Assembly (NCBI GenBank): GCA_037133055.1
Contig: JBAXOY010000015.1
Location: 1-38,586 of the forward strand
DNA: 38,586 bases
Direction: 5' to 3'
Origin: Chlamydiota bacterium
Lineage (GTDB): Bacteria; Auribacterota; Tritonobacteria; UBA1439
Part shown: positions 28,141-36,891 of the stretch, in pieces
Numbering within the stretch: position 1 is the first letter of the stretch
Layout of the letters: each line of letters begins with the position of its first letter
Notes under the pieces: model-generated
Told to the model about the DNA's origin: nothing
Databases searched by the model: none
The model's input: only the letters and a program-made list of their open reading frames with translations
Program-made: the position numbers and the translations under genes

Positions 28141-29682
28141 CTAGAGTTTTATGATATAAGCGAGCGCGTAATACGGCGGCCTAACGTCAAGGGTCTTTGT
28201 CTCCGAAGAGCCGCTTGCGAGGGTGGCGTTCCCTCCATTCCCGGTGTTCGATTGCCCCTGTATTCCTCCGGTGTCTCCATCTCCACCTCCGGCAGTAGCC
28301 CCCCCTATGGCAGTCCCGTTCGATTGATTCTGCCCGGAACTGCCCGTGGGGGATGACGTCCCTGTGACCCTGTTCCCATACCAGTTCTCGTAGGCCGCCT
28401 CGAGTGACCAGATTGACTGGTATCCGAATGGGATGAACAGTTTCGTGAATAGTGTCCCCGCCGGGTGAGTATGACTCGGGCCCTGGTGATGGTGGGTGTC
28501 CGCGCTGTGGTAGTGGCTCGCGCTAGCGTAGGTCCCGACCCCGTGAGAGTGAGACAGGGTGATAGAGGCGGCGGGCGTCGGATGCGCGTTCACCGGGTAT
28601 GCCCCGGCGGCCCCAGTCGACCCGACGATAAAGTAGCCGCGGAGATCGGGTGTCCCGTCGGTACCGTCGCAGATGTGCCATGCGGTATTGGACGAACCGC
28701 CGATTATCGGGTACTTGTTCCCGGCCCCGCCAAGCGTGCCGCTCCACATGATGATGCCGCCCCGCGGGAACAGACAATATGCCGTGCCGGCGGTCGTCTT
28801 CAAGTCCGTCCCCAGTTTCGCAAGAGTGACAGCCGAGTCCTGGAGGTGGGGGGTCTTGACCCCTTTGCCGGTGGTTGTGAGTTGGCCGCTCGTCCCATCG
28901 GCGTCCGCGATATGCTCCGACCATACCTGGTCGGCTTCGAGGTTCACCGTTCCTGGCGACTTCCATGCCATCGTCCCCGCGCTATCAAGGCATCCCATGG
29001 TGTAGTTCGGCGCAGCACCCGTCGTGAGTTTCGCGACCCCGGCGGTAACCGATCCGATCGTTGCGCTTGCCGCGGTCACGGCGCCGCTGAACTCCGCGCT
29101 CGTCCCCTTGAAGGCAGTCGTGTACTCAGGCAGCGCCCTGCTCTCCGCGATAAGGCCGTACCTCACCGCGTCAATCCCGCCCGGAACGGTGCCCCCGGCC
29201 ACGGTCACCGTCGTCGTCGGAGAGGAGTACGCGCTTGAGTCCACCGTCGCGTAGACGTACCCGCTGCCCCCGTGCATCAGCACCCGGCGCCCCTCGACGT
29301 AGACGGCGGTCACATCCCCCGTCAGCGCGAACTCGAGGTCGTTCAAGTATGCCGGGACGGCGACCTCCACCTGCCACTGGCTCATCAGGGAACTCGCGGC
29401 CGTCTCCTTCAGCGTCCCGTCCTCGTTGAGGGATTCGTCCAGCCGTTCGTCGAGCGTTCCCCTCGATCCGCGGGCGGCGATGATCTCAGAGTTCGTCCCG
29501 ATATATTCCACCAATCGGTCACTGATATAGCGTATGTCAAAACTCCAGTACCGGAACGGCTCCGTATAGGCGTAGTCGTGCAGCCCGGTCACCGGAAGTG
29601 CGGTTGCTCCGAACGTCGCCACGGCCGAGGCTGCGTACAGAATCGCCGAGAGCCATGCCATTGAACAAAGTTTTCTCCTCAT
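28141..29682 (-). CDS. tail fibre protein with tail-collar domain and N-terminal signal-peptide-like leader
   Basis: PRGGIIMWSG...WHICDGTDGTPDLRGYFIVG, HxH repeats, terminal RPPYYALAYIIKL. Confidence 0.85.
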   Translation of the reverse strand: MRRKLCSMAWLSAILYAASAVATFGATALPVTGLHDYAYTEPFRYWSFDIRYISDRLVEYIGTNSEIIAARGSRGTLDERLDESLNEDGTLKETAASSLMSQWQVEVAVPAYLNDLEFALTGDVTAVYVEGRRVLMHGGSGYVYATVDSSAYSSPTTTVTVAGGTVPGGIDAVRYGLIAESRALPEYTTAFKGTSAEFSGAVTAASATIGSVTAGVAKLTTGAAPNYTMGCLDSAGTMAWKSPGTVNLEADQVWSEHIADADGTSGQLTTTGKGVKTPHLQDSAVTLAKLGTDLKTTAGTAYCLFPRGGIIMWSGTLGGAGNKYPIIGGSSNTAWHICDGTDGTPDLRGYFIVGSTGAAGAYPVNAHPTPAASITLSHSHGVGTYASASHYHSADTHHHQGPSHTHPAGTLFTKLFIPFGYQSIWSLEAAYENWYGNRVTGTSSPTGSSGQNQSNGTAIGGATAGGGDGDTGGIQGQSNTGNGGNATLASGSSETKTLDVRPPYYALAYIIKL

Positions 29683-29981
29683 TATCGTGCCCCTCCTCTG
29701 ACCCTCGCCAGCCTCGTGATGGCCTGCAGAGCCCGGCGATTGACCTTCTGCATCTTCCGTTCGATGATGAACACGTCTGGAAGCGTGATCCCCGCGGCCC
29801 TGGGAGCCGAGATCAATGTGGCGGGCTCCAAGTTCGAAATCCTCCTGTCGAGCCCCCTCACCTCCCGGGCGAGTTCCAGAAGTGCTGGCCCCAAGTCCTC
29901 TCCCTCCTTCAGGCGAAAACCCCGCTCGTCCGGGACGTGTTCACGCATCCCGCTCCTGTGTATGATCGTTTTCCCGCTCAT
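29682..29981 (-). CDS. hypothetical protein
   Basis: 99 aa; stop/start overlap with the fibre gene. Confidence 0.6.
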   Translation of the reverse strand: MSGKTIIHRSGMREHVPDERGFRLKEGEDLGPALLELAREVRGLDRRISNLEPATLISAPRAAGITLPDVFIIERKMQKVNRRALQAITRLARVRGGAR

Positions 29982-30105
29982 CTGGTTTGTCCTCCCCGGC
30001 GTTCTTCGGTTCGTCCTTCTTCATCGGCCTGATATACCCGTGGTCGTGCCGCACCCACCCGCAGACCTCATCAGGCCACTTCTTCCCCCCGCCCTTCCCA
30101 TCCAT
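29941..30105 (-). CDS. small hypothetical protein
   Basis: Fills a gap in the operon; weak support. Confidence 0.35.
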   Translation of the reverse strand: MDGKGGGKKWPDEVCGWVRHDHGYIRPMKKDEPKNAGEDKPDERENDHTQERDA

Positions 30106-30124
30106 GGGATCCACCGCTGCGTTG

Positions 30125-33100
30125 TCAGACCATCGTGATCGCCAGTTTCCGCGCCAACGGGACAAGATACCTGTAGGCGGTCTTCTGCTTGATCCGGATC
30201 GTGCAGGAGAGCAGGTTGAAATCGCTGTCCCCGCCGAACGTGTATGTCACGAGATCGAACCCGTCCGGTCCCTCGCTGGCGACCCGCGACCCTGGGCTCA
30301 TCCATGTGTGTCCGCCGTCAGGCGACAGCATGACGTCGTGCTGTCCCGCCGAGTGCTTGAGATAGGTGCCCTCCCTCAGACCCAGCGCCGCGTTTGCCGT
30401 CCCGGCGTTCACCTTGATGGACGTCCCCGACGCCAGGCGTATCCTCCCTTTCACCACCGAGGCGACGTCAGGGTTCGCCCCGGCGTTGATCGCATCCCTC
30501 ACCGTCTCGGCGCTGATCGGGTCGGTACCCGAGAACGTGATGTGCGAGACGGGTGTCCCATCCACGTCGATGTCGAGTACCATCCCGTTGATCACGAACG
30601 GCTCGATCTCGGTCCCGGTGATCTCCCCGTCCACGATCTCGCCTGAGCCGGCCTGGTTGATTTCCTCGAGGTGGACCTTCACCTCGTCCACCTCCGCCAC
30701 GAGGTCGGTCGTTTCGGTGATCCAGGTTGTGGCGAGTTTATTCTCCGTGAGCACCAGCGCCCAGTTCCCTTTTGCGATCGCCGGCGACAGCCGGTCGTTC
30801 GTGGTGCTGAGGATCGCGCGGAGGTACACGGTCGCGCACGTTTCGTTCTTCAGCGTGAAGTAGCGGAGCGGGATCAGCGTCCGCCATGTCGGGTCGGCCT
30901 CGGTGTGATACTCCCACCGGATCGTCGTCCCGCTCGGCGCCTCCTGCCCCACGACGAGCATCATCCCGCCGACATGGGTGTGATCGGCCCACGTGATTGG
31001 AGCGAACGCGAGCGTTTCCGAATGGCCGGAACCGGCGTTGAACTTCGCCCTCCACACCCTGAACCGCAGGTCGCGGTCGGGCGCGACGAGCCAGGTCCAG
31101 TTCGTCGACGACGTCATGAAGTCGCCGGGCCGGTACGGGTTGTCGGAGATCGTCGAGCCGTACTTCTCACCTGGAGCGAGATTTTTCTGCCCCCCGACAG
31201 CGATATAGGCCTTATACCCCTGCACGCTCTCCGTCATGAGCGTCAGCGCCCTCATTGCATTCGAACTCATCCAGACGGGGTCATCGGGTATGACAAGGTT
31301 CTCGCTCCCCACACCCGCGTTCACCTGGGCCGGAACCCTCGACTCGACCCACGCCACCGCATCGGTCGGGTTTCCCTGATCGTCGGTCCCGCGGATCTGA
31401 AATGTGATCGGCAGGCTCGAGTCCTTCTCCGCGAGAGGCACGTCCACCTTCGTCAGATACCCGTCAGAAAGGAATCTGATCTGCTGCGTGATCGGGTCGA
31501 CATAGTACCGGGCATGGATCTCCTTCTCCTCGAACACGTTCACAACGCCCTCCGAAACGAATGTCGCGTCGGCCGTGTCGCAGAGTTCCCCGATATCAGG
31601 CTCGGTCGTCGAGTACGCGGCACACTTCACCGCAAGACTGCCGGTCGGGATTCCTGCGCTCGGCCCGGGAATCGTGAAACTGGCCCTGAATTGTCCGAAC
31701 GTGTTCGTCTTGACCGATCCGGCGCGCGCTCCCGCCGTATAAGGCGAGATTGGCGCGAGAGCCACGTTCACGCCCCCGAAGGTACAGACCACCTCGGCGG
31801 CGCCCTTGAACTGCTGCCCCAGGATTTCCACGTCGATGCTGCGGCAGTACTGGATGCTGTCTTGCCGCAGGAATGCGAGTTCGTTCCGGATCTCGTCCCA
31901 CTCTCCCATCGGGGTGGCCCCGGCCGCGAGCGCGGCGGCGACCTCCTCGGCGGTCACTCTGTCGGTCGTGTGATTCTGAAGGTTGATATGGAAATACTCC
32001 TGTATAAACCCCTCGGCCTCGATCGTCGTCGTCTCCACCCAGTAGTCCCGCGCGGGCGACAGGATGATCCATGCGTTCGGCCTCGGCTGCTCATCGAAAT
32101 GCTCGTACGGGTTGACGGGGATCTCGTCGGAGAAAAGGTCCTGGTCGATCTCCGGCTCCTCGGTCCATCCCATCAGCACGAGCCCCTTCCCTTGCCTGCA
32201 TCCTTCCGGCAGATTGTCGTCCTCGGTGGTCCCGTCGCATTCCGTTGCGATCACTGTCAGCGGGACGCTGGTGATCTCCATCGGCAGGCGCAGGCAATGC
32301 GCGATCGGATCGATCCCGGCGTCGAAGTCGGGGTGCGTCCAGTTCCCCTGCCTCACCGATGTGAACGCGTCGGCGTAGACTGCGCGTAGGGTGGACGCCT
32401 CGCCTTCGAGCGCCTGATTGGCGATCTCCAGTTGGGCGGCGTTGTAGCGGAGGTCCTCCACCTGAGCGGCGATCGACTTGATCTCATCCATGTGGTAGGC
32501 CCTGTTCCCGTAATCGGTCACCACCACCCCGTAGCCATTCGGCGGGCAGTAGATCTTCGCCAGCGACAGCGCGTGGGCCGGCGGGGTCGGAACCTTCGGC
32601 TCATCCTCCGGCGTCCCGTGTATGTCCGCGACCACCTTCGTCGGGAGTAGGCACCTCAGCGTCCAGTGGGGCTGGTAGTACTCGTAATCGGCGATGAAGT
32701 TCGTGCCGGGATCCTCCCCGTAATCGAAGGGGCGGTTGCTGACGATATCCGCGCCGTCCACGGAGAACCTGTACCCGACGTCGAAGTTGACGCCGCCCGA
32801 GGGCCACGTTTCAAGCGTCACCGGCGTCATGAGCGTCGGCCCGCCAAGGTTCGGCCCAGCGGTCCCATCTTCCGGATCAAGGTCGCCGTTCGTCTTGTCG
32901 TAGTAGCCCGTGTCCACCCAGTCAGCCTCGAGCGCGCCGGTGCTCGGCACGCAGGCGATGAGTTTCATCCCGTCATACGAGTCGGCCCCGCCGCGGTACA
33001 CTCGGTAGTACACGATGTCGTCCATCTCCGGCCACGAAAGCCCGACGATCTCCCCTCCCACAGCTTCGATCGTGACGATAGGCGACGGGTAACTTTCCGC

Positions 33101-35065
33101 GTATACCGCATCGACGCCCGTCCCCATCTTCCGCACAGCCGCCACGCACCACCCTCTCGTCCCCTCGGGGATCTCCCCGCCAAGCACGTAGTCCGCCCCC
33201 TCCACCATCGTCTTCGTGCGGGTATAGATCGCCTGGTACGAATTGCCGTATGACGGGCGCGACCCCCCAATCCAGCGAATCCCCGCCCCATCCTGCTCGT
33301 AGTCCATTCCCCCGGCATACTGCGTCCCGGTGCTCGCGGTTGAAGTCGGAGACGCCATCCCGAGCGCCGTATTCGCCGTACCGTCGCCGATCGCGATGGA
33401 GTGCGACGAACTCGTCCCGAACGTCCTCACCGCCAGTTTGCCGGACGACGCGTAGTAATAGAGATTCCTGTTCGTGCTCCCCGACTGGTACGCCGGGCCG
33501 GTGCACTGATTGAGCGCCTCGATCACCTGCGCAAGCGAGAACGTCCCGATCACGAAAACGATGGATTGCTCGTTCAGGGCGCCCCCATCCCAGTCGGTGG
33601 CCGTGATCTCGAACACGTTCGACGTTTCATTGAACACGAACGTCCCGGCCGTACCAGTCTTCACGGCGGGCGTCCCCATCGAAACGCACAGGATCTGCGC
33701 GACGGGTGAGTACTCGAACGTGTCGGTGTCCCCGCTCCCCCGCGTCATCCCCTCCAGCACCAGCGACGGCGCCGTCAGGTTCGTGATTGACTTCACCGGG
33801 AAATCGTACTCCCCGGCAGACTTCTGTAGCAGGTATGCCCTCCGCCCGTAATAGGTCCGGTTTTCCTCGTTCTCCACTGTATTCGTGGTGGATGCGATCG
33901 GCACAAGGATCGTCTCCGACAGATCCTTCTCGTAGACCAGGCCAGCCACGTACGCCCGGCCCGCCTGCGTCATGACAGCCGCGAACCCGTCGGTGTTCTG
34001 ATCGGGCATGGGAACGCTGCGGAGGTGCTCCTCGGCGACGATGTAACTTCCGCTTTCGTCCTCGGTCCTCCCGGCCAGAACTCCGACCAGTTGATCCGAC
34101 AGGTTCGGCAGCGTCAGTTTGTTCGCGGGGAGCATCCCGTCGAGGCGCGCGAGATCGAGTTTGACCCAGTTCTCGTGCACCCTCACCACCCCGTTGTAGA
34201 TGTCGCTCGCGGGGTCACGGTCCCATACGTATGCGGGGCGCACGGTCCTCTTCGTGCACCGCGTAGGCAGGGGATCCCCGGTTGTATCCTCCGCCACGAA
34301 CGAGAGCACCATCATCTCCCTACGGGCGGCGGGACCCCGGGTGCGGGGGACGAGCAGGATCGGGTCGTCATCCCATGTGACAGTCTTCGTGAGCGCCTCG
34401 ATGTAGATGGTCGTCTTGGAGAGGTCCGGCATCGGTGAAGCAACCGTCAGCACAGCCGCGGGGACTGTCACGATCCTCCCGTTGATATACGCGGCGGCGG
34501 CAAGGATCGAGATCGTCCCCGTCCCGTCCTCATTTGTCACGGCAGCGGGGAGTTGATCCTCGAAGTAGCAGGTCACGTTCCACGTGTCGCCCTCCTCCAG
34601 CACTCCGTTTGGCGAGAGCGCCGGCCCGTCCGTCCACTTCACCATGGCCCCGAAATGGCCGAGGGCGTGCCAGGCGTCGAACGCCGTAATGAGTTGCGGA
34701 CCGTCGCTCGGATCCGGCCCGCTCGTAGCGTAGTCGTACTGCGCGACGCCGGGGATACCGCCCTTGACGATCTTCACCAGGTAGGTGATCGTCTCGAGCC
34801 CGGTGTACTCTCCGGGCGAATCGGCGGTCAGGGTATCTTCGCCGACGAAGATCCCGGGAGCCGCCTCCCCGATATGGCCACCGTATTCCCCGACGATCCC
34901 CTCCTTCAGGAACCGGTCGAGTATCATCCGGTCGTGGTGCTGCTGTATCCGCTGAGACTCGATGAACTCCGACGGCAGGGCATCGCATCCGCCCATGTGC
35001 AGGACGGTGATATAGCCCTTCGTCGAGTCGTAGGTCTCGGGCGTTGCCGATCTCGGGTCAGCCAT
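30125..35065 (-). CDS. large tail/baseplate structural protein, DUF4815-like
   Basis: N-terminus YDSTKGY..VL......PSEFIESQ.IQ...DRFLKEG, GRAYVAG, VNPY, DPITQ, DLRFRVWRAKF resemble DUF4815 proteins. Confidence 0.75.
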   Translation of the reverse strand: MADPRSATPETYDSTKGYITVLHMGGCDALPSEFIESQRIQQHHDRMILDRFLKEGIVGEYGGHIGEAAPGIFVGEDTLTADSPGEYTGLETITYLVKIVKGGIPGVAQYDYATSGPDPSDGPQLITAFDAWHALGHFGAMVKWTDGPALSPNGVLEEGDTWNVTCYFEDQLPAAVTNEDGTGTISILAAAAYINGRIVTVPAAVLTVASPMPDLSKTTIYIEALTKTVTWDDDPILLVPRTRGPAARREMMVLSFVAEDTTGDPLPTRCTKRTVRPAYVWDRDPASDIYNGVVRVHENWVKLDLARLDGMLPANKLTLPNLSDQLVGVLAGRTEDESGSYIVAEEHLRSVPMPDQNTDGFAAVMTQAGRAYVAGLVYEKDLSETILVPIASTTNTVENEENRTYYGRRAYLLQKSAGEYDFPVKSITNLTAPSLVLEGMTRGSGDTDTFEYSPVAQILCVSMGTPAVKTGTAGTFVFNETSNVFEITATDWDGGALNEQSIVFVIGTFSLAQVIEALNQCTGPAYQSGSTNRNLYYYASSGKLAVRTFGTSSSHSIAIGDGTANTALGMASPTSTASTGTQYAGGMDYEQDGAGIRWIGGSRPSYGNSYQAIYTRTKTMVEGADYVLGGEIPEGTRGWCVAAVRKMGTGVDAVYAESYPSPIVTIEAVGGEIVGLSWPEMDDIVYYRVYRGGADSYDGMKLIACVPSTGALEADWVDTGYYDKTNGDLDPEDGTAGPNLGGPTLMTPVTLETWPSGGVNFDVGYRFSVDGADIVSNRPFDYGEDPGTNFIADYEYYQPHWTLRCLLPTKVVADIHGTPEDEPKVPTPPAHALSLAKIYCPPNGYGVVVTDYGNRAYHMDEIKSIAAQVEDLRYNAAQLEIANQALEGEASTLRAVYADAFTSVRQGNWTHPDFDAGIDPIAHCLRLPMEITSVPLTVIATECDGTTEDDNLPEGCRQGKGLVLMGWTEEPEIDQDLFSDEIPVNPYEHFDEQPRPNAWIILSPARDYWVETTTIEAEGFIQEYFHINLQNHTTDRVTAEEVAAALAAGATPMGEWDEIRNELAFLRQDSIQYCRSIDVEILGQQFKGAAEVVCTFGGVNVALAPISPYTAGARAGSVKTNTFGQFRASFTIPGPSAGIPTGSLAVKCAAYSTTEPDIGELCDTADATFVSEGVVNVFEEKEIHARYYVDPITQQIRFLSDGYLTKVDVPLAEKDSSLPITFQIRGTDDQGNPTDAVAWVESRVPAQVNAGVGSENLVIPDDPVWMSSNAMRALTLMTESVQGYKAYIAVGGQKNLAPGEKYGSTISDNPYRPGDFMTSSTNWTWLVAPDRDLRFRVWRAKFNAGSGHSETLAFAPITWADHTHVGGMMLVVGQEAPSGTTIRWEYHTEADPTWRTLIPLRYFTLKNETCATVYLRAILSTTNDRLSPAIAKGNWALVLTENKLATTWITETTDLVAEVDEVKVHLEEINQAGSGEIVDGEITGTEIEPFVINGMVLDIDVDGTPVSHITFSGTDPISAETVRDAINAGANPDVASVVKGRIRLASGTSIKVNAGTANAALGLREGTYLKHSAGQHDVMLSPDGGHTWMSPGSRVASEGPDGFDLVTYTFGGDSDFNLLSCTIRIKQKTAYRYLVPLARKLAITMV

Positions 35066-35090
35066 TGTCTGTTCCCTCCATCCTCTCGTG

Positions 35091-35942
35091 TTATCCGATA
35101 AAAAGTTGCCGGACGATCAGGGTGTCCTGAGCGATCTTCACCCAGTCGAGTATGTTCTTCTTCGCCACGCGGGTCCCCAGCGTCGCCACCTCACCGTCGG
35201 GGTTCGTTTCCGCGTCGTAGAGCCCGTGCTCTGCGTAGGGCCCGGCCACGCGCAGGGTCGTATTGTTGGAGAACAGGCCCCATTCCCTCACCGTCCCTAC
35301 CCCCTGGCTGAAACCGAACACGAAGGAGTAGAGCACGGCGTTGGTCGGCGCGTCAGAGATCGAGTAGTTGACCCCGTCCACGTAGATCCGCCCGTTCACA
35401 TCCTCGACGAGATAGCACTTGCCGGGGATGTTCTTCGTGTCATCCCACGTGCAGTAGTGCACCCTGGCGTATTCGTTGATCAGCCCCTCACCCGCCACCT
35501 CGTCGGGCGGGTTGTCAGGATCGGGCCACGGCCCGCCCGCGTCGCCGATGGCGCAGTATTTCAATTCGTCGATGCCAATGCAGGAGATAGTCCACGTGTC
35601 CCCCACCGCAGCGCCGGAGATCACCCCATCCACGCCGAAGTCCAGCATGACCTTCACACCGAGGTTCCCGCAGGGGGTCCACGCGTCCTCCCCCGTGATT
35701 ATCGTCGGCCCCGAGTTGTCGCCGTTCGATCCGGTCACCGTGTACTCAGCCACGCCGAAGTCCCCGGCCTTTGTGATCTCGACCGTGTACACCTGGTCCA
35801 CAGTCCCGGCGTATGCCCCGCCCGCGGTCAGCGTATCGTCGCCATCGTGCGTCCCGACTACCGCCGTTCCGACCGTACCGATCCGCGTTATCATCTGCAC
35901 GATCCATTGCGCCCCGGCGCCCTCTATCAGGATCTCGCTCAT
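35091..35942 (-). CDS. baseplate/tail-associated structural protein
   Basis: YCAIGDAG...GLINEYAR...TVREWGLF pattern typical of tail-fibre attachment (gpH N-terminal-like) proteins. Confidence 0.65.
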   Translation of the reverse strand: MSEILIEGAGAQWIVQMITRIGTVGTAVVGTHDGDDTLTAGGAYAGTVDQVYTVEITKAGDFGVAEYTVTGSNGDNSGPTIITGEDAWTPCGNLGVKVMLDFGVDGVISGAAVGDTWTISCIGIDELKYCAIGDAGGPWPDPDNPPDEVAGEGLINEYARVHYCTWDDTKNIPGKCYLVEDVNGRIYVDGVNYSISDAPTNAVLYSFVFGFSQGVGTVREWGLFSNNTTLRVAGPYAEHGLYDAETNPDGEVATLGTRVAKKNILDWVKIAQDTLIVRQLFIG

Positions 35943-36130
35943 GTCGATCTTCTCCTTGTTTCGTTTCTGTCTGTCCACCTGCCATGCCAGTATTTCACCC
36001 GCATGCGGACGCACCTCAGAATGTCGCCGTCGACGACCTTGCGCATCGACGTGGGCATCTCCTCGTACATCTCCTTCGTCGGCCCGCGCATTTTGATGAT
36101 CATAGTCGCCAGTTCGGAAAGGATAGTCAT
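35939..36130 (-). CDS. small hypothetical protein
   Basis: 63 aa; ATGA-coupled to the downstream gene. Confidence 0.45.
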   Translation of the reverse strand: MTILSELATMIIKMRGPTKEMYEEMPTSMRKVVDGDILRCVRMRVKYWHGRWTDRNETRRRST

Positions 36131-36134
36131 AGGC

Positions 36135-36479
36135 TCATCGTCTTCCCGCAAGCCACCGCCGCATCCGTTTGCTGTCAGCCGCAAGAACGGCGATTGCCGG
36201 GATGATAAAGCCCCCTGCGAGCGGCAGGCCGGCGAGATCGAACTTGATCCGCCCGAATATCGCCGTGGAAAGTATCGCCACGGTCGCCGAAATAACCGCC
36301 GCCCGAATCTGCAGCGCGACAACCGTTCCCGCGAGATCGCGCACATCCCGCTTTGCATCCGAGATGAGTCTCGCGTTATCCTCCACCGCCCGATCAAGCC
36401 CCTGCAGCGCGATGATAAGGGCGCCCCTGAATTCGTCCTCACTCCGTATCTGCGAGAAGTCATACCCCGTTGGTGCCAT
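36135..36479 (-). CDS. coiled-coil membrane protein (holin/XhlA-like)
   Basis: N-terminal coiled coil, two hydrophobic segments, basic tail. Confidence 0.55.
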   Translation of the reverse strand: MAPTGYDFSQIRSEDEFRGALIIALQGLDRAVEDNARLISDAKRDVRDLAGTVVALQIRAAVISATVAILSTAIFGRIKFDLAGLPLAGGFIIPAIAVLAADSKRMRRWLAGRR

Positions 36480-36867
36480 TTTTATATGCCTCCTCAGGCG
36501 GGATGCAGATCACTACGAACCGTGCGTCGTGGCTCGCCTTCGGCGCGTGCATTACACCTCTCGCTATCTTCATGCACTCACCCCGCGCATATTTCACCCC
36601 GTCGTGCTCGATCCATCCGTTCACTACGACAATCAGTTCTTCGTTATCGTGCGAATGTGGCGGACACAGGCACTCAACGGGCAGGCTAGGTGCCGCGTCG
36701 CCTGCGGCCTTCCGCTCAGTCCAGCACAGGAGTATTTGCGCCGCGTCGTCCCCGTATCTGTACAACTCCCTGAACGCCAGGTCGCCTATGAGCCGCACCC
36801 TATATGCGCTTTGTATCTGCTCGCTCAGCGCCCGCGCCTTTTCGATCGCCTGCCTTATTTCAGTCAT
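36460..36867 (-). CDS. cupin-domain protein
   Basis: PPHSHDNEELIVVVNG...GECMKIARGVMHAP. Confidence 0.75.
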   Translation of the reverse strand: MTEIRQAIEKARALSEQIQSAYRVRLIGDLAFRELYRYGDDAAQILLCWTERKAAGDAAPSLPVECLCPPHSHDNEELIVVVNGWIEHDGVKYARGECMKIARGVMHAPKASHDARFVVICIPPEEAYKNGTNGV

Positions 36868-36891
36868 AGTGCCATCCTCTACCTGTTCTGT

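Noticed and set aside
30671..36689. Long plus-strand ORFs (30671-32389, 35088-36689 and similar)
   Set aside because: Antisense shadows of GC-rich minus-strand genes with no recognisable motifs.
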